Source: Leptolyngbyaceae cyanobacterium MO_188.B28
Lineage (GTDB): Bacteria; Cyanobacteriota; Cyanobacteriia; Phormidesmidales; Phormidesmidaceae
NCBI GenBank assembly: GCA_030065175.1
Contig: JASJDH010000001.1
Coordinates: forward strand, 854-64,853
Length of the DNA: 64,000 nucleotides
Reading direction: 5' to 3'
Part shown: positions 55,082 through 64,000 of the stretch, in pieces
Layout of the letters: each line of letters opens with the position of its first letter
Numbering within the stretch: the stretch's first letter is position 1
Made by a program: the position numbers and the translations under genes
Notes under the pieces: generated by a model
Database searches by the model: none
Seen by the model: only the letters and a program-made list of their open reading frames with translations
What the model was told of the DNA's origin: nothing

Positions 55082-55493
55082 GGCTGGCCGGGTTCAATGG
55101 TTAAATTAGACGTTGTTTGTGGTCTACACTGTGTCTTCTGATTGTCTACACCCGATACTCCCCTGATGGTCAAAGATTTTTTGGGATTCAGAGGGGTCGG
55201 GTGTGAGTCACTAGGCATAAGTCTGATTTTCAACTTCTCGCTGGACCCTTAGCGATTTTGAATTTTCGATTTAGCGATTTCCTCGAGTAATACTTCTGGT
55301 TGTTCTGTTCCCGCTCCTTTGTCCCCTCCACTCCTGAATCTCAGTCAAACAATTTTTTTGAAAAAGGATTGTGAATCCTTCCTTTCTCATTAAACTGTGT
55401 ATTAATTTGCATCCCCCTCCAGGTCGTCTGGAATACAATGAAGTGTAAAGGGAATCCAGATTCCACAGTAAATTGCTTGGGGTGGTTGATGGT

Positions 55494-55691
55494 ATGTTGG
55501 TTATTCTGACGGATAAACAGCTTTTCTCAACTCAAAAGGTTTGTAAGGGATGTCTAATGGCCAATCGCCAAGGGCAACCCAGGTGGCGGGAAGGAAAATT
55601 ACGGTGTGGTCGTTTGCTGGAAAAGTTAGTTGATGACCAGCCTGATCAATACGAATGCCAGATGGGGTTTCGCCTCGCCAATATTGAGTAA
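55494..55691 (+). CDS. small Cys-containing hypothetical protein (65 aa)
   Basis: An ATG-start version of the 72-aa ORF. It contains CKGC...C...C. There is no recognisable family, so the coding status is uncertain. Confidence 0.3.
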   Translation: MLVILTDKQLFSTQKVCKGCLMANRQGQPRWREGKLRCGRLLEKLVDDQPDQYECQMGFRLANIE

Positions 55692-55927
55692 ACAGACCTA
55701 TATTCGGCGGGTGTTAATTGATTTTGGAAATTTTCTTGATTTTCTTGGATAAATAGCTCCGAAATCAGAAGCCGGTAATTAAGCTGGATTCTGATTTTTG
55801 ATTTATGGGCAATTGCCCACTTTGTAGCGCCCTTTACTCTACGTTGCTAAGAAGATAGAGCGCTTGCGCTATCGTGGAGGTTGATGCGCTACTTGTCGAA
55901 CTTATACTACATTTGGGAGTTTCCAGG

Positions 55928-56404
55928 ATGAATTGGCGAGGATCACCCACCGTTTCAGACCGATTGCTTGCGACTCTGCCTTATCTACTGCCGTTGACGA
56001 TTGCAGTAGCTTACTTTTCAGGGCCATTTTTCTCACAATTTCCTTTTCTTTTTATCTTCTTTCAACCTCTATTGCCTTTAATTCAAATCTTAAACCTCCC
56101 ATTTGCAATCATTATTATCTTCTTTGCACTTCTATTACTGGTGGTGCGTAATTCAAGCATCAGCCACTTTATCCGTTTTAATACTATGCAGGCGATTTTG
56201 CTCGATATCGCTCTGTTTATCTGCAGCCTGCTTTTACAACTTCTAGGTATTGCCTCCCCTAGTGGACCAATCATAGAAACGCTGTTTAACGTGATTTTCT
56301 TAGGCTCTGTGGCGGCTGTTGGTTATTCTGTAGTGCAAACCCTTATGGGGCGTTATGCTGAGATACCTACGATTTCTGATGCGGTTCACATGCAGGTGAG
56401 GTAG
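55928..56404 (+). CDS. Tic20-like membrane protein
   Basis: 158 aa from ATG 55928. RLLATLPYLLPL...SHFIRFNTMQAILLDI has the typical Tic20/HOTT pattern with 4 TM helices. Confidence 0.8.
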   Translation: MNWRGSPTVSDRLLATLPYLLPLTIAVAYFSGPFFSQFPFLFIFFQPLLPLIQILNLPFAIIIIFFALLLLVVRNSSISHFIRFNTMQAILLDIALFICSLLLQLLGIASPSGPIIETLFNVIFLGSVAAVGYSVVQTLMGRYAEIPTISDAVHMQVR

Positions 56405-56419
56405 AAGCTGACTGCTTAG

Positions 56420-57232
56420 CTAGACGCCTTGGTGCGTTTGTGCATCTTCTGAGGCAGGGTGTCTAGCTTCGACGGTGTTTTCCAGAGACCCTATCCCCTC
56501 AATTTCTACGCGAACGTGATGCCCCACTTGCATGGGACCAATTCCTTTGGGCGTACCGGTCAAGATGACATCGCCAGGGAGCAACGTCATTACTTGACTA
56601 ATGTAAGCGACCAGTAAATCGGGCTTAAAGACCATTTCATCTAAACTCGCAGATTGGACGGGGTTAGGATTGTCATTAATAAATGTTTGGAGGCGTGCGC
56701 CGGGGCTCAGTTCTCTGACTATCCAGGGTCCCAGCGGGCAAAACGTATCGAATCCTTTGGCTCGGGTCCATTGTGCGTCTTGCTTTTGCAAATCCCGAGC
56801 AGTCACGTCATTAGCGATAGTGTATCCCCAAATCTTGGATTGGGCCTCTTCAAGCGGGCAGTCACTACATCGCTCGCCAATAATGACTGCCAATTCCCCC
56901 TCATAATCCACTCGTTTAGATTGATGTGGATAGAGGATGGATGTGTGGGTGGCAATGATGGAAGTAGAGGGCTTGAGGAAGAGGAGAGGCTCTTGAGGAG
57001 GGGCGGAACCCATTTCAGCCGCATGCCCAGCATAATTTTTGCCGACAGCCACCACCTTAGACGGGGCGCAGGGGGCCAGCAGATGATAGCTATTGGGCGA
57101 TAGCTCTTCATCGGTTATCTGACCTTTTAGCCAGGGGGGAGCATCCAGAACCCGTACACTCCGGTCGAGTTGTAATAGACCATAATGAAGCTGACCCCCT
57201 TGAGATTCCACTCGAACGTAGCGTTGCGCCAT
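56420..57232 (-). CDS. fumarylacetoacetate hydrolase (FAH) family protein
   Basis: 270 aa from ATG 57232. KVVAVGKNYAGHAAEMG, FLKPSTS, DYEGELAVIIG, NDVTARDLQ and PGDVILTGTPKGIG. Confidence 0.88.
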   Translation of the reverse strand: MAQRYVRVESQGGQLHYGLLQLDRSVRVLDAPPWLKGQITDEELSPNSYHLLAPCAPSKVVAVGKNYAGHAAEMGSAPPQEPLLFLKPSTSIIATHTSILYPHQSKRVDYEGELAVIIGERCSDCPLEEAQSKIWGYTIANDVTARDLQKQDAQWTRAKGFDTFCPLGPWIVRELSPGARLQTFINDNPNPVQSASLDEMVFKPDLLVAYISQVMTLLPGDVILTGTPKGIGPMQVGHHVRVEIEGIGSLENTVEARHPASEDAQTHQGV

Positions 57233-57385
57233 ATTGCCTGTTAAGTTCTTGCTATGATTGTAAGTCCTTGCCTTTAGTCTCAGGACAGGAATGTTCATGA
57301 AGTTGCTCTTTGCAAAGCTTAAGGCGTTTTCGTGATTAATCCCCTGGGAATTGAAGGCCACTTAGTCCAAAAGGAGTTGTTTTTG

Positions 57386-57730
57386 ATGAGTTACGTGTAC
57401 GAAACAATGTACATTCTGCGTCCTGATTTGGGCGATGAATCTATCGATCAGGCCATTGGCAGGTATCAATCTATTTTGCAGGAGCAAGGCGCTGAGATTG
57501 TTGAAACTCAACATCGCGGTAAGCGGCGTCTTGCCTATGAAATCGATCGCCATAGAGAGGGGATTTACATCCAGATGAACTATCAAGGGCCTGGGAGTGT
57601 TGTGGCTCAACTGGAGCGGGCGATGCGGCTGAGTGAAGAGGTAATTCGCTATCTAACGGTCAAGCAAGAAGTTGCCCAAGAGAATTCTCCTGTATCGGCG
57701 GCTGATGTCGATGGAGCGGAGGTTGCATAA
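57386..57730 (+). CDS. rpsF: 30S ribosomal protein S6
   Basis: [15 protein letters not shown]...GKRRLAYEI...[14 protein letters not shown] at 57371-57376 precedes ATG 57386. Confidence 0.93.
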   Translation: MSYVYETMYILRPDLGDESIDQAIGRYQSILQEQGAEIVETQHRGKRRLAYEIDRHREGIYIQMNYQGPGSVVAQLERAMRLSEEVIRYLTVKQEVAQENSPVSAADVDGAEVA

Positions 57731-57866
57731 GCAATTGGGTTAATGGATAGGGATCAGAGTGAACCATCCAGTATCCAATCTGCAAGGTTGATTGAGTAGA
57801 CGGTCGAATTTTTGATAAATTCCAAAAGCGTCTTACCCTAACCAGTCACTAATGTTTTTGCTTGAA

Positions 57867-57900
57867 GAGGCGTATCGTTCTCGATGCGCCTCACTTTTTT
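57867..57900 (+). terminator. Rho-independent terminator downstream of rpsF
   Basis: Stem GAGGCG-t-ATCG / CGAT-g-CGCCTC (57867-57892) with loop TTCT, followed by ACTTTTTT. Confidence 0.65.
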
Positions 57901-58034
57901 GCCTGGGTTTGCCCCAATTTTCATTGGCCATCCAAAAGTCAAGTGATGTGAAGAGGTCCTAATTGAGAATTGCAAGGAAATTGACTAAATTGAGCGCCAT
58001 TTTTCTAGTTAGGTGATACATTTAGCAGCACATT

Positions 58035-58664
58035 GTGGGCTTGGGTCTTTTAGGAATCCCAAGAGTCCCTGAAAAACGCAACTATAGTCTATTTGGATTG
58101 GAGCGCCCCGTGACTCAGCTTGCTTATCTAAATCTTTCAGAAAGCCACGCAGAAGTTGCTCGACTTCAAGAAGAGCTTCAGATGCGAGACCAATTGGTTC
58201 AGCAACTTTCTCAAGAGCTTTTCCGTATGGTCAAGGGCAACACGAACTTCCTGCCTAGCCCACAGGTCTCTGAACACCACCAAGCCGAAGTGCGAGCATT
58301 GCGAGAGCAACTGCAGGGGGTTGAGCAGCAAGTTGCCTTTTATCAAGAACAGCTTGAGGATCGGGATGGTGAAATTTATCAACTGAGGCAAACGGTTCAG
58401 GAACTGACGGATCGCTCTAGGATGCTGGAGCAGGTTGTTCAGGAGTTGCCAAAAGTTTATCGCCAGAAATTTAAAGAGCGCATGACGGTTGTCAGAGAGA
58501 GGGTGTCTCAGATTCAGCGGGAAAACCGTCAGCTGCAGGCTGAATTACAGAGTGTGAGTTACCGCTTGGCTGTGAGGACTCGCCGTGTTCATGAACCTGA
58601 TTTGCCAAGTTTTACCCAACCGATTATGGGATCGGTCAGTATGCCTAGCTTTGGTAATGCTTGA
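58035..58664 (+). CDS. hypothetical coiled-coil protein
   Basis: Heptad-rich (LQEELQMRDQLVQQLSQEL..., LREQLQGVEQQVAFYQEQLEDRDGEIYQLRQTVQEL...). The start is uncertain: GTG 58035, GTG 58110 or ATG 58182. Confidence 0.5.
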   Translation: MGLGLLGIPRVPEKRNYSLFGLERPVTQLAYLNLSESHAEVARLQEELQMRDQLVQQLSQELFRMVKGNTNFLPSPQVSEHHQAEVRALREQLQGVEQQVAFYQEQLEDRDGEIYQLRQTVQELTDRSRMLEQVVQELPKVYRQKFKERMTVVRERVSQIQRENRQLQAELQSVSYRLAVRTRRVHEPDLPSFTQPIMGSVSMPSFGNA

Positions 58665-58856
58665 ATGGGTTGCTTAAGTATGAGGCGCTATAGGGATAAC
58701 AGTACAGTGTAGAGTTTTTTATATCTTTTTGAAGATCCACCCGTATGTAAGGATTGAGGTGTCTTCAGGCGTTTCCTAGGTTTTCAGATTGACACTGGCT
58801 TAAGAATTGAGTCAAGATTTGAGAAGATTACAAAACTTCGTAACGTCTTATACCTC

Positions 58857-59495
58857 ATGTCTTTTGAGTTGATATCCCTGGATACTCTCGAGTTGGTTGC
58901 AAGTGAGTATGGTTACTGGGCTGTTTTCTTGGGGATCGTTCTGGAAAACATGGGTATTCCGATTCCCGGTGAGACTGTCACATTGGTCGGCGGTTTCTTA
59001 GCAGGCAGCGACGAATTAGAGTATGGTTACGTGCTGGCGACTGCTTCAAGCGGCGCTTTTCTAGGTGGGTGTTTAGGGTATGGAATTGGGCTTTGGGGTG
59101 GTTGGCCTTTACTCAATCGTTTAGGTCAGCTGTTTCGGATTGAGGAACAGAAGCTGGTTGATATTAAGGACCAGTTCAGCAATAATGCGGCGAAGACCGT
59201 CCTTTTTGGTCGATTTGTGGTGCTTTTGAGGATTTTTGTGGGCCCTTTTGCGGGACTTGCCCGTATGCCCTTACGCACCTTCCTGATTTGTAATTTTATT
59301 GGTTCTCTGGCTTGGGCTCTGATCATGGTCAGTCTGGCTTATTTTGTGGGGCGGTTGATCCCCTTAGCGACTTTAGTGGGTTGGGCTGCTCAATTTGCTG
59401 TATTAGCTTTATTGATTGTTGTTATCTGGGTGGGAGCCATGTGGTGGCTAGAAAATCGCCAGGTCAACGCTGAAGCTTTGGAATCTCAAGATTAG
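58857..59495 (+). CDS. DedA-family membrane protein
   Basis: 212 aa. YWAVFLGIVLENMGIPIPGETVTLVGGFLAG and FGRFVVLLRIFVGPFAG are DedA/SNARE-associated family motifs. Confidence 0.85.
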   Translation: MSFELISLDTLELVASEYGYWAVFLGIVLENMGIPIPGETVTLVGGFLAGSDELEYGYVLATASSGAFLGGCLGYGIGLWGGWPLLNRLGQLFRIEEQKLVDIKDQFSNNAAKTVLFGRFVVLLRIFVGPFAGLARMPLRTFLICNFIGSLAWALIMVSLAYFVGRLIPLATLVGWAAQFAVLALLIVVIWVGAMWWLENRQVNAEALESQD

Positions 59496-59514
59496 ATCAG
59501 GGTGAAGGGTGAAT

Positions 59515-60723
59515 TCAGGGGCGTACAATATAGCGGGAGGGCGAGTCCTCAAGTCTGCCCTGATAAACCAGCGCCCTGGTTAGAATCGCTGAAACTTCGG
59601 CGCGGGTTGCCGGTTTGTTGGGTTGGAACCGCTCTAAATTTGGATAGTTAACCACCAACTCAGTTTCGGTGGCTGCGGCGATTTTTGAAAGCGCCCATGC
59701 GGGAATTTCATCTCGATCCTGATATCGTTTCATCACGGCGGCGGGTTCAGAATTCTCCAGTAATCCTAAGCCGCTGACGATGGCGACTAGGAGTTGGGCG
59801 CGAGAAACTGCTTGTTCTGGTTTGAATGTCTCTTGGGGATACCCCCTCATGAATCCAGCGGAGACGGCTTCCTTGATGGCTGCATCGGCCCAATAGTTTT
59901 GGGGAATATCGACAAATGCTTGAGCGCTTTGCCGTCCTTCCAGCATGAATACTTTGGCTATCTGAGCGGCTAATTCGGCCCGGGTGACGGGTTTATCCGG
60001 TTGAAAAGTTCCGTCTGGGAAGCCGGACAGCAACTCCCGCGATGATAAGGCGTCAATGAAGGATTTCGCCCAGTACTCATCGGGTACGTCTGAAAACTCT
60101 TTAGGATCGGTGCTGGGTGCGATCGCGGGTAAGTCAGTTGATTCAGCTATCGTCGGCGTTTCGATGGGTTGTTCTAATACGGATTGCGAAGGGAGTTCTG
60201 GTAATTGTCCGCTTAATCCCGTGGAATCCGCTGGAGTTGGGGTAGATCCGGATGCATTTCCATCCGTCTGAAGGTTGAGAGTCGAGTTGGGACTGGACGG
60301 ATCTGCTCCCTCTGAAGGAATTGATAAGGGAGCGATAGCCTGTCCGCTTATCCATGGCGCTTGCTTATTCTCAACCTGTTCAGCATTGGGTGAAATCAAT
60401 GGTTCCGAGTGATCTAATCCGGTGATTTTGTCTGAAATATTCGGTTGATTCTGGAAGATCTGAAGAGGAAACAAGGCTTCAGACCTTTCTGAGCGAGACG
60501 TTTGAGGCGATTGTTCGCCGCTTGACTCGTTTTGAGGGGCTGTGTCGGTTCGGGGTGTTTCCTGCGGCGGCTGCAAACCCGCCATTTCTCCAGTTTCAGT
60601 TCGGCTTAGAACCCACAATAAAATCAGTCCGATGCTAATGAGGGCGACGAAAACAGCCGTAAATTCGTCCGAATCAAGCAATTTTCTCTTGGGAGATGGA
60701 GGCTCTGGAGGGGAATATGACAC
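59515..60723 (-). CDS. membrane-anchored protein with three C-terminal S-layer homology (SLH) domains
   Basis: 402 aa. N-terminal TM helix AVFVALISIGLILLWVL and a Pro/Ser/Thr-rich spacer, then three SLH units (FSDVPDEYWAKSFIDAL...TRAELAAQI; FVDIPQNYWADAAIKEAV...SRAQLLVAI; DEIPAWALSKIAAA...TRAEVSAIL). Confidence 0.8.
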   Translation of the reverse strand: MSYSPPEPPSPKRKLLDSDEFTAVFVALISIGLILLWVLSRTETGEMAGLQPPQETPRTDTAPQNESSGEQSPQTSRSERSEALFPLQIFQNQPNISDKITGLDHSEPLISPNAEQVENKQAPWISGQAIAPLSIPSEGADPSSPNSTLNLQTDGNASGSTPTPADSTGLSGQLPELPSQSVLEQPIETPTIAESTDLPAIAPSTDPKEFSDVPDEYWAKSFIDALSSRELLSGFPDGTFQPDKPVTRAELAAQIAKVFMLEGRQSAQAFVDIPQNYWADAAIKEAVSAGFMRGYPQETFKPEQAVSRAQLLVAIVSGLGLLENSEPAAVMKRYQDRDEIPAWALSKIAAATETELVVNYPNLERFQPNKPATRAEVSAILTRALVYQGRLEDSPSRYIVRP

Positions 60724-60822
60724 AATAACTTCTCAGGACTGCTTAAAGTGCGACATTCTTGAAGATTAAATCATACCTAGACTTAACTGAGATATTTACT
60801 AAAGGTTTCTACTGAAACGACG

Positions 60823-61545
60823 ATGGAAAGATTTCCCTGGCTTATAGCAGGTGCATTGGCTAGCACGGCGATTATTGGCGCTGAGTTAACAAGTCTCAAT
60901 CATCAGGCGCTTCAACCGGTTAGGTTTAAGACTTCTGAGCTTCGCTTCGCCCTGAATAGTTTGGTCGGTGTCTCCGACGCCCCCTCTGGAGCTCCGGTTT
61001 ATGCGCCGTCTTTCCCTGAGATATATCCTCAGGTGACGGCAATCTCTGCTAAAGCCTCAACAGCCGCTTGGCCCAAGAAGAGACTCAACAATGAGGCTAA
61101 GGTGACAATCGCCGGTTTAGGCCCCATTCACGTGGGCATGACCTTGGCGGAAGCCTCAAAGGCGGCGGAAGTCTCTTTTATCCCCTTGGGCGGCTCCGCG
61201 AGCGGTTCCTGCCGCTATTTTCAACCCCAAGAAGGACCCGAGGGAATTGGTTTCATGGTGGTGAACGGCCAAATTATTCGCATTGACATTTGGCCTGGGA
61301 GTTCGATTACTACCTTGAGCGGCGCTGGAATCGACTCTACGGAGGCTGAAATTGAGGCGCTTTATCCAGGACAAATTGAGGTTAGCTCCCACAAATATAC
61401 GGATGGTCAATATTTAACATTTATTCCAGAAGATGTTGGAGCGAAACTCTATCGCCTAGTATTTGAGACGGATGCGGAGGGCAGGGTCACCCAGTATAGA
61501 GCGGGCCAGTTCCCCGCTGTCACGTGGGTAGAAGGCTGTACCTAG
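60823..61545 (+). CDS. hypothetical secreted/exported protein
   Basis: 240 aa with an N-terminal hydrophobic segment FPWLIAGALASTAIIGA. No family recognised. Confidence 0.5.
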   Translation: MERFPWLIAGALASTAIIGAELTSLNHQALQPVRFKTSELRFALNSLVGVSDAPSGAPVYAPSFPEIYPQVTAISAKASTAAWPKKRLNNEAKVTIAGLGPIHVGMTLAEASKAAEVSFIPLGGSASGSCRYFQPQEGPEGIGFMVVNGQIIRIDIWPGSSITTLSGAGIDSTEAEIEALYPGQIEVSSHKYTDGQYLTFIPEDVGAKLYRLVFETDAEGRVTQYRAGQFPAVTWVEGCT

Positions 61546-61584
61546 GGATGCGCCAAAATAAAGTAAAGTCCCAGTAAAAGGCAG

Positions 61585-61616
61585 TGGATGGGTGGATGGG
61601 TGGATGGGTGGATGGT
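61585..61616. repeat. (TGGATGGG)x4 microsatellite
   Basis: Units are at 61585-61592, 61593-61600 and 61601-61608, plus 61609-61616 whose last base differs. The repeat is intergenic and G-rich on the plus strand. Confidence 0.85.
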
Positions 61617-61688
61617 ATGTTATTTTTCTGCAGATCCCTGAGTGTTTAAGGCTCCCACACCAATCGTGTTGAGTTGGCAAGGAGCGTC

Positions 61689-63770
61689 ATGGCGAATCGT
61701 TTATCTTATTCCCAAAGTCTCTATCTACGCAAGCATGCTGAGAATCCCATTAACTGGCAGCCTTGGTGCGATCAGGCGTTAGCCGCCGCCAAAGATGAGA
61801 ACAAGCCGATTTTTTTGTCGATTGGGTACTCTAGCTGCCATTGGTGCACGGTTATGGAGGGCGAGGCCTTTTCAGATATGGCGATCGCCGACTACATGAA
61901 CGCCCACTTCCTGCCCATCAAAGTGGATCGGGAGGAGCGGCCCGACCTCGATAGTATCTATATGCAGGCGCTGCAAATGATGACGGGCCAGGGGGGATGG
62001 CCGCTAAATGTGTTTCTGGATCCCCATGATTTGACCCCCTTTTATGGGGGCACCTATTTCCCCCTAGAGCCCAACTACGGTAGGCCGGGTTTCCTTCAGG
62101 TTTTGCAAGCCATCCGCCGATTCTATGACACAGAAGAGAGTAAGCTCGCCTCCGTTAAGTCAGAGATTTTGAGCGGGTTACAACAATCTGCTCGATTGCC
62201 CGCCTCCCAGAATTTGGGACGAGCCCTTTTGCAGCAGGGACTCGACGTCAGCGCCCGGATCTTGGCTCCCTCTGGCTATGGGACCAGTTTCCCGATGATT
62301 CCCTACGCTTTAGTCTCCTTACGGGGCTCCCGGTTTGAGGCGGAAGCAGCTGAGACGGAATCCTCCGTTAATAGTCGGCGACTGTGTATTCAACGGGGGT
62401 TGGATTTAGCCTTGGGGGGAATCTATGACCAGGCGGCGGGAGGGTTCCATCGGTACACCGTGGATCCCACTTGGACAGTGCCCCACTTCGAAAAAATGCT
62501 CTACGACAATGGGCAAATCGTGGAGTACCTGGCCGAATTATGGGGAGCAGGGGTGCAAGAACCGGCGTTTGAACGGGCGATCGCGGGGACGGTTTCCTGG
62601 TTGAAGCGCGAAATGACCGCGCCTGAAGGCTATTTTTACGCTGCTCAGGACGCCGATAGTTTTGTCACGCCAGCCGATAGTGAACCCGAGGAAGGGGCGT
62701 TTTATGTCTGGGGCTATGACGAATTGAAAGCCCTGCTCAGTCCAGCCGAGTTGACGGCGATGGAGGAGCAGTTTACGGTGACGGCGACGGGTAATTTTGA
62801 ACAGCGCAATGTGCTGCAACGGCGACGCCCAGGCCCCCTCAGCGATCAAGTGGAAATGGCGTTGGCTAAACTGTTCCAAGCTCGCTACGGCGCTCCTCCG
62901 GAGCAATTGCCCCAATTTCCCCCGGCCCACAATAATGAAGCAGCCAAGACCCAAGCCTGGGCGGGCCGTATCCCTTGTGTGACGGATACGAAGATGATTG
63001 TGGCTTGGAATAGTTTGATGATCTCTGGGCTGGCGAAAGCGGCGGCAATTTTGGCCAAGGTAGAGTATCTAGACTTAGCAGCGACGGCGGCGGATTTTAT
63101 TTTGTCTCATCAATGGGTTGAGGGCCGATTCCACCGCCTCAATTACCAGGGACAAGTCGCCGTGTTAGCCCAGTCAGAAGATTACGCCTTATTTATTAAA
63201 GCTCTTTTGGATCTCCATCAGGCTCGATTAGCTCATCCGGACTGGCGCAGCGAAACCAACTGGTTGGATCAAGCGCTAAAGATTCAAGCGGAATTTGACG
63301 ATTGGCTGTGGAGTATTGAATCTGGGGGGTATTTCAATACGGCTAGGGACGCCAGCGATAGTTTGTTGGTGCGGGAACGCAACTACCAAGACAACGCCAC
63401 TCCATCCGCCAATGGAGCCGCGATCGCAAATTTGATCCGTCTTTTCTTACTCGGTGCGGAGCCGGACTATTTGAACCGGGCTGAGCAGGCTCTACAAGCA
63501 TTCGGAACAGTGATGGAAAAAGTTCCTCGCGCTTGTCCTAGCTTGTTCGCCGCCCTTGACTGGTATCTACACCCCACCCTGATTCGCACCACTGGCGACC
63601 GTCTATCCCCGCTTCTTAGCCAGTACCTACCCACAGCAGTCTGTCGGGTAGAGTCTGTTTTGCCGAGTGAGGCTGTGGGGTTGGTTTGTCAAGGACTCTC
63701 TTGCCAGGAGCCTGCCGCCGATGAAGTCCAGTTCAATCAACAAATTGAAAACAGCCAACACCGGTCTTAG
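61689..63770 (+). CDS. thioredoxin-domain protein of the DUF255/YyaL type (N-terminal Trx-like + (alpha/alpha)6 barrel)
   Basis: NRLSYSQSLYLRKHAENPINWQPW...KPIFLSIGYSSCHWCTVMEGEAF...VDREERPDLDSIYM...GGWPLNVFL. ATG at 61689 (the ORF track starts at TTG 61674). Confidence 0.88.
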   Translation: MANRLSYSQSLYLRKHAENPINWQPWCDQALAAAKDENKPIFLSIGYSSCHWCTVMEGEAFSDMAIADYMNAHFLPIKVDREERPDLDSIYMQALQMMTGQGGWPLNVFLDPHDLTPFYGGTYFPLEPNYGRPGFLQVLQAIRRFYDTEESKLASVKSEILSGLQQSARLPASQNLGRALLQQGLDVSARILAPSGYGTSFPMIPYALVSLRGSRFEAEAAETESSVNSRRLCIQRGLDLALGGIYDQAAGGFHRYTVDPTWTVPHFEKMLYDNGQIVEYLAELWGAGVQEPAFERAIAGTVSWLKREMTAPEGYFYAAQDADSFVTPADSEPEEGAFYVWGYDELKALLSPAELTAMEEQFTVTATGNFEQRNVLQRRRPGPLSDQVEMALAKLFQARYGAPPEQLPQFPPAHNNEAAKTQAWAGRIPCVTDTKMIVAWNSLMISGLAKAAAILAKVEYLDLAATAADFILSHQWVEGRFHRLNYQGQVAVLAQSEDYALFIKALLDLHQARLAHPDWRSETNWLDQALKIQAEFDDWLWSIESGGYFNTARDASDSLLVRERNYQDNATPSANGAAIANLIRLFLLGAEPDYLNRAEQALQAFGTVMEKVPRACPSLFAALDWYLHPTLIRTTGDRLSPLLSQYLPTAVCRVESVLPSEAVGLVCQGLSCQEPAADEVQFNQQIENSQHRS

Positions 63771-63859
63771 GAGACGTTCAAAAATAACTTCACACTTTAG
63801 CGCTGTGTAAAGCCTTTCAGACTCTTCATGCCCTGTTGAAGTTATTCTTACACAGCGCC

Positions 63860-64000
63860 TTAGGCGGCTAAATGGGTTTCCACCACCCGAACCAAATTGT
63901 TCGTCCAATGATGAACCATCTCTGATTTAACGGCTTCCACCATTACCCGAATGACCGGCTCTGTCCCGGAGGGTCTAACCAATACTCGTCCCTCTTGTCC
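63860..64000 (-). CDS. glmM: phosphoglucosamine mutase-like (alpha-D-phosphohexomutase family), 3' end only; gene continues beyond window
   Basis: My own translation of the minus strand gives [46 protein letters not shown], the conserved RPSGTEP..RVMVEA C-terminal block. It is not in the ORF track because it is partial and under 60 aa. Confidence 0.7.
   Translation of the reverse strand, partial: GQEGRVLVRPSGTEPVIRVMVEAVKSEMVHHWTNNLVRVVETHLAA

Noticed and set aside
63627-63908. A 93-aa minus-strand ORF overlapping the end of the thioredoxin-domain gene.
   Set aside because: It overlaps a confident plus-strand gene. Its first 17 codons (63858-63908) also read, in a different frame, through the same DNA as the phosphohexomutase C-terminus (RPSGTEP...). 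The partial glmM-like CDS at 63860-64000 explains the region better.
1-64000. Search for CRISPR arrays, tRNA/rRNA/tmRNA/RNase P RNA, transposases, integrases, restriction-modification or other defence genes, and toxin-antitoxin pairs.
   Set aside because: None was recognised. The tandem repeats present have only 2-4 units of 8-22 bp without spacers, so they are not CRISPR-like. I saw no T-loop-type GGTTCGAATCC-like motifs in the intergenic DNA. The scan was visual, so small structured RNAs could have been missed.

Overview
This window reads as core cyanobacterial chromosome. The octamer GCGATCGC (HIP1) recurs throughout. Recognisable genes include psbU, chlI, btpA, a group-1 sigma factor, a Tic20-like protein, a VKOR-thioredoxin fusion, thyX, an FHA-adenylate cyclase of the Cya1 type, a rimO-crhR pair and three pentapeptide-repeat proteins. 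I call about 55 protein-coding genes, most of them housekeeping: lepA, tyrA, UDP-xylose synthase plus ugd, ruvC, nadB, uppP, cobI, rpsF, sfsA, and a partial glmM-like 3' end at the right edge. By eye I found no rRNA, tRNA, CRISPR array, transposase, integrase or defence-type gene, but this was not an exhaustive covariance-type scan. I see no clear-cut novel multi-gene system. The items most worth a second look are listed here. (1) A 996-aa fusion of a PlsY-like membrane domain to a complete ATP-grasp plus swivelling-His dikinase, preceded by a decayed nitroreductase-type gene. (2) A roughly 300-bp polypurine/polypyrimidine inverted repeat filling the divergent promoter region between tyrA and a DinG-like gene whose ATPase motifs look degenerate. 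(3) A 937-aa membrane-anchored protein with about 14 tandem 29-residue repeats followed by TPRs. (4) Three independent short-repeat arrays with an exact 22-bp phase in intergenic DNA, one of them between convergent genes. (5) A roughly 900-bp AT-rich ORF-free gap. (6) An atypical receiver domain coupled to a polysaccharide deacetylase. All repeat coordinates were indexed by hand. Family assignments rest on motif recognition in the supplied translations, not on database searches.
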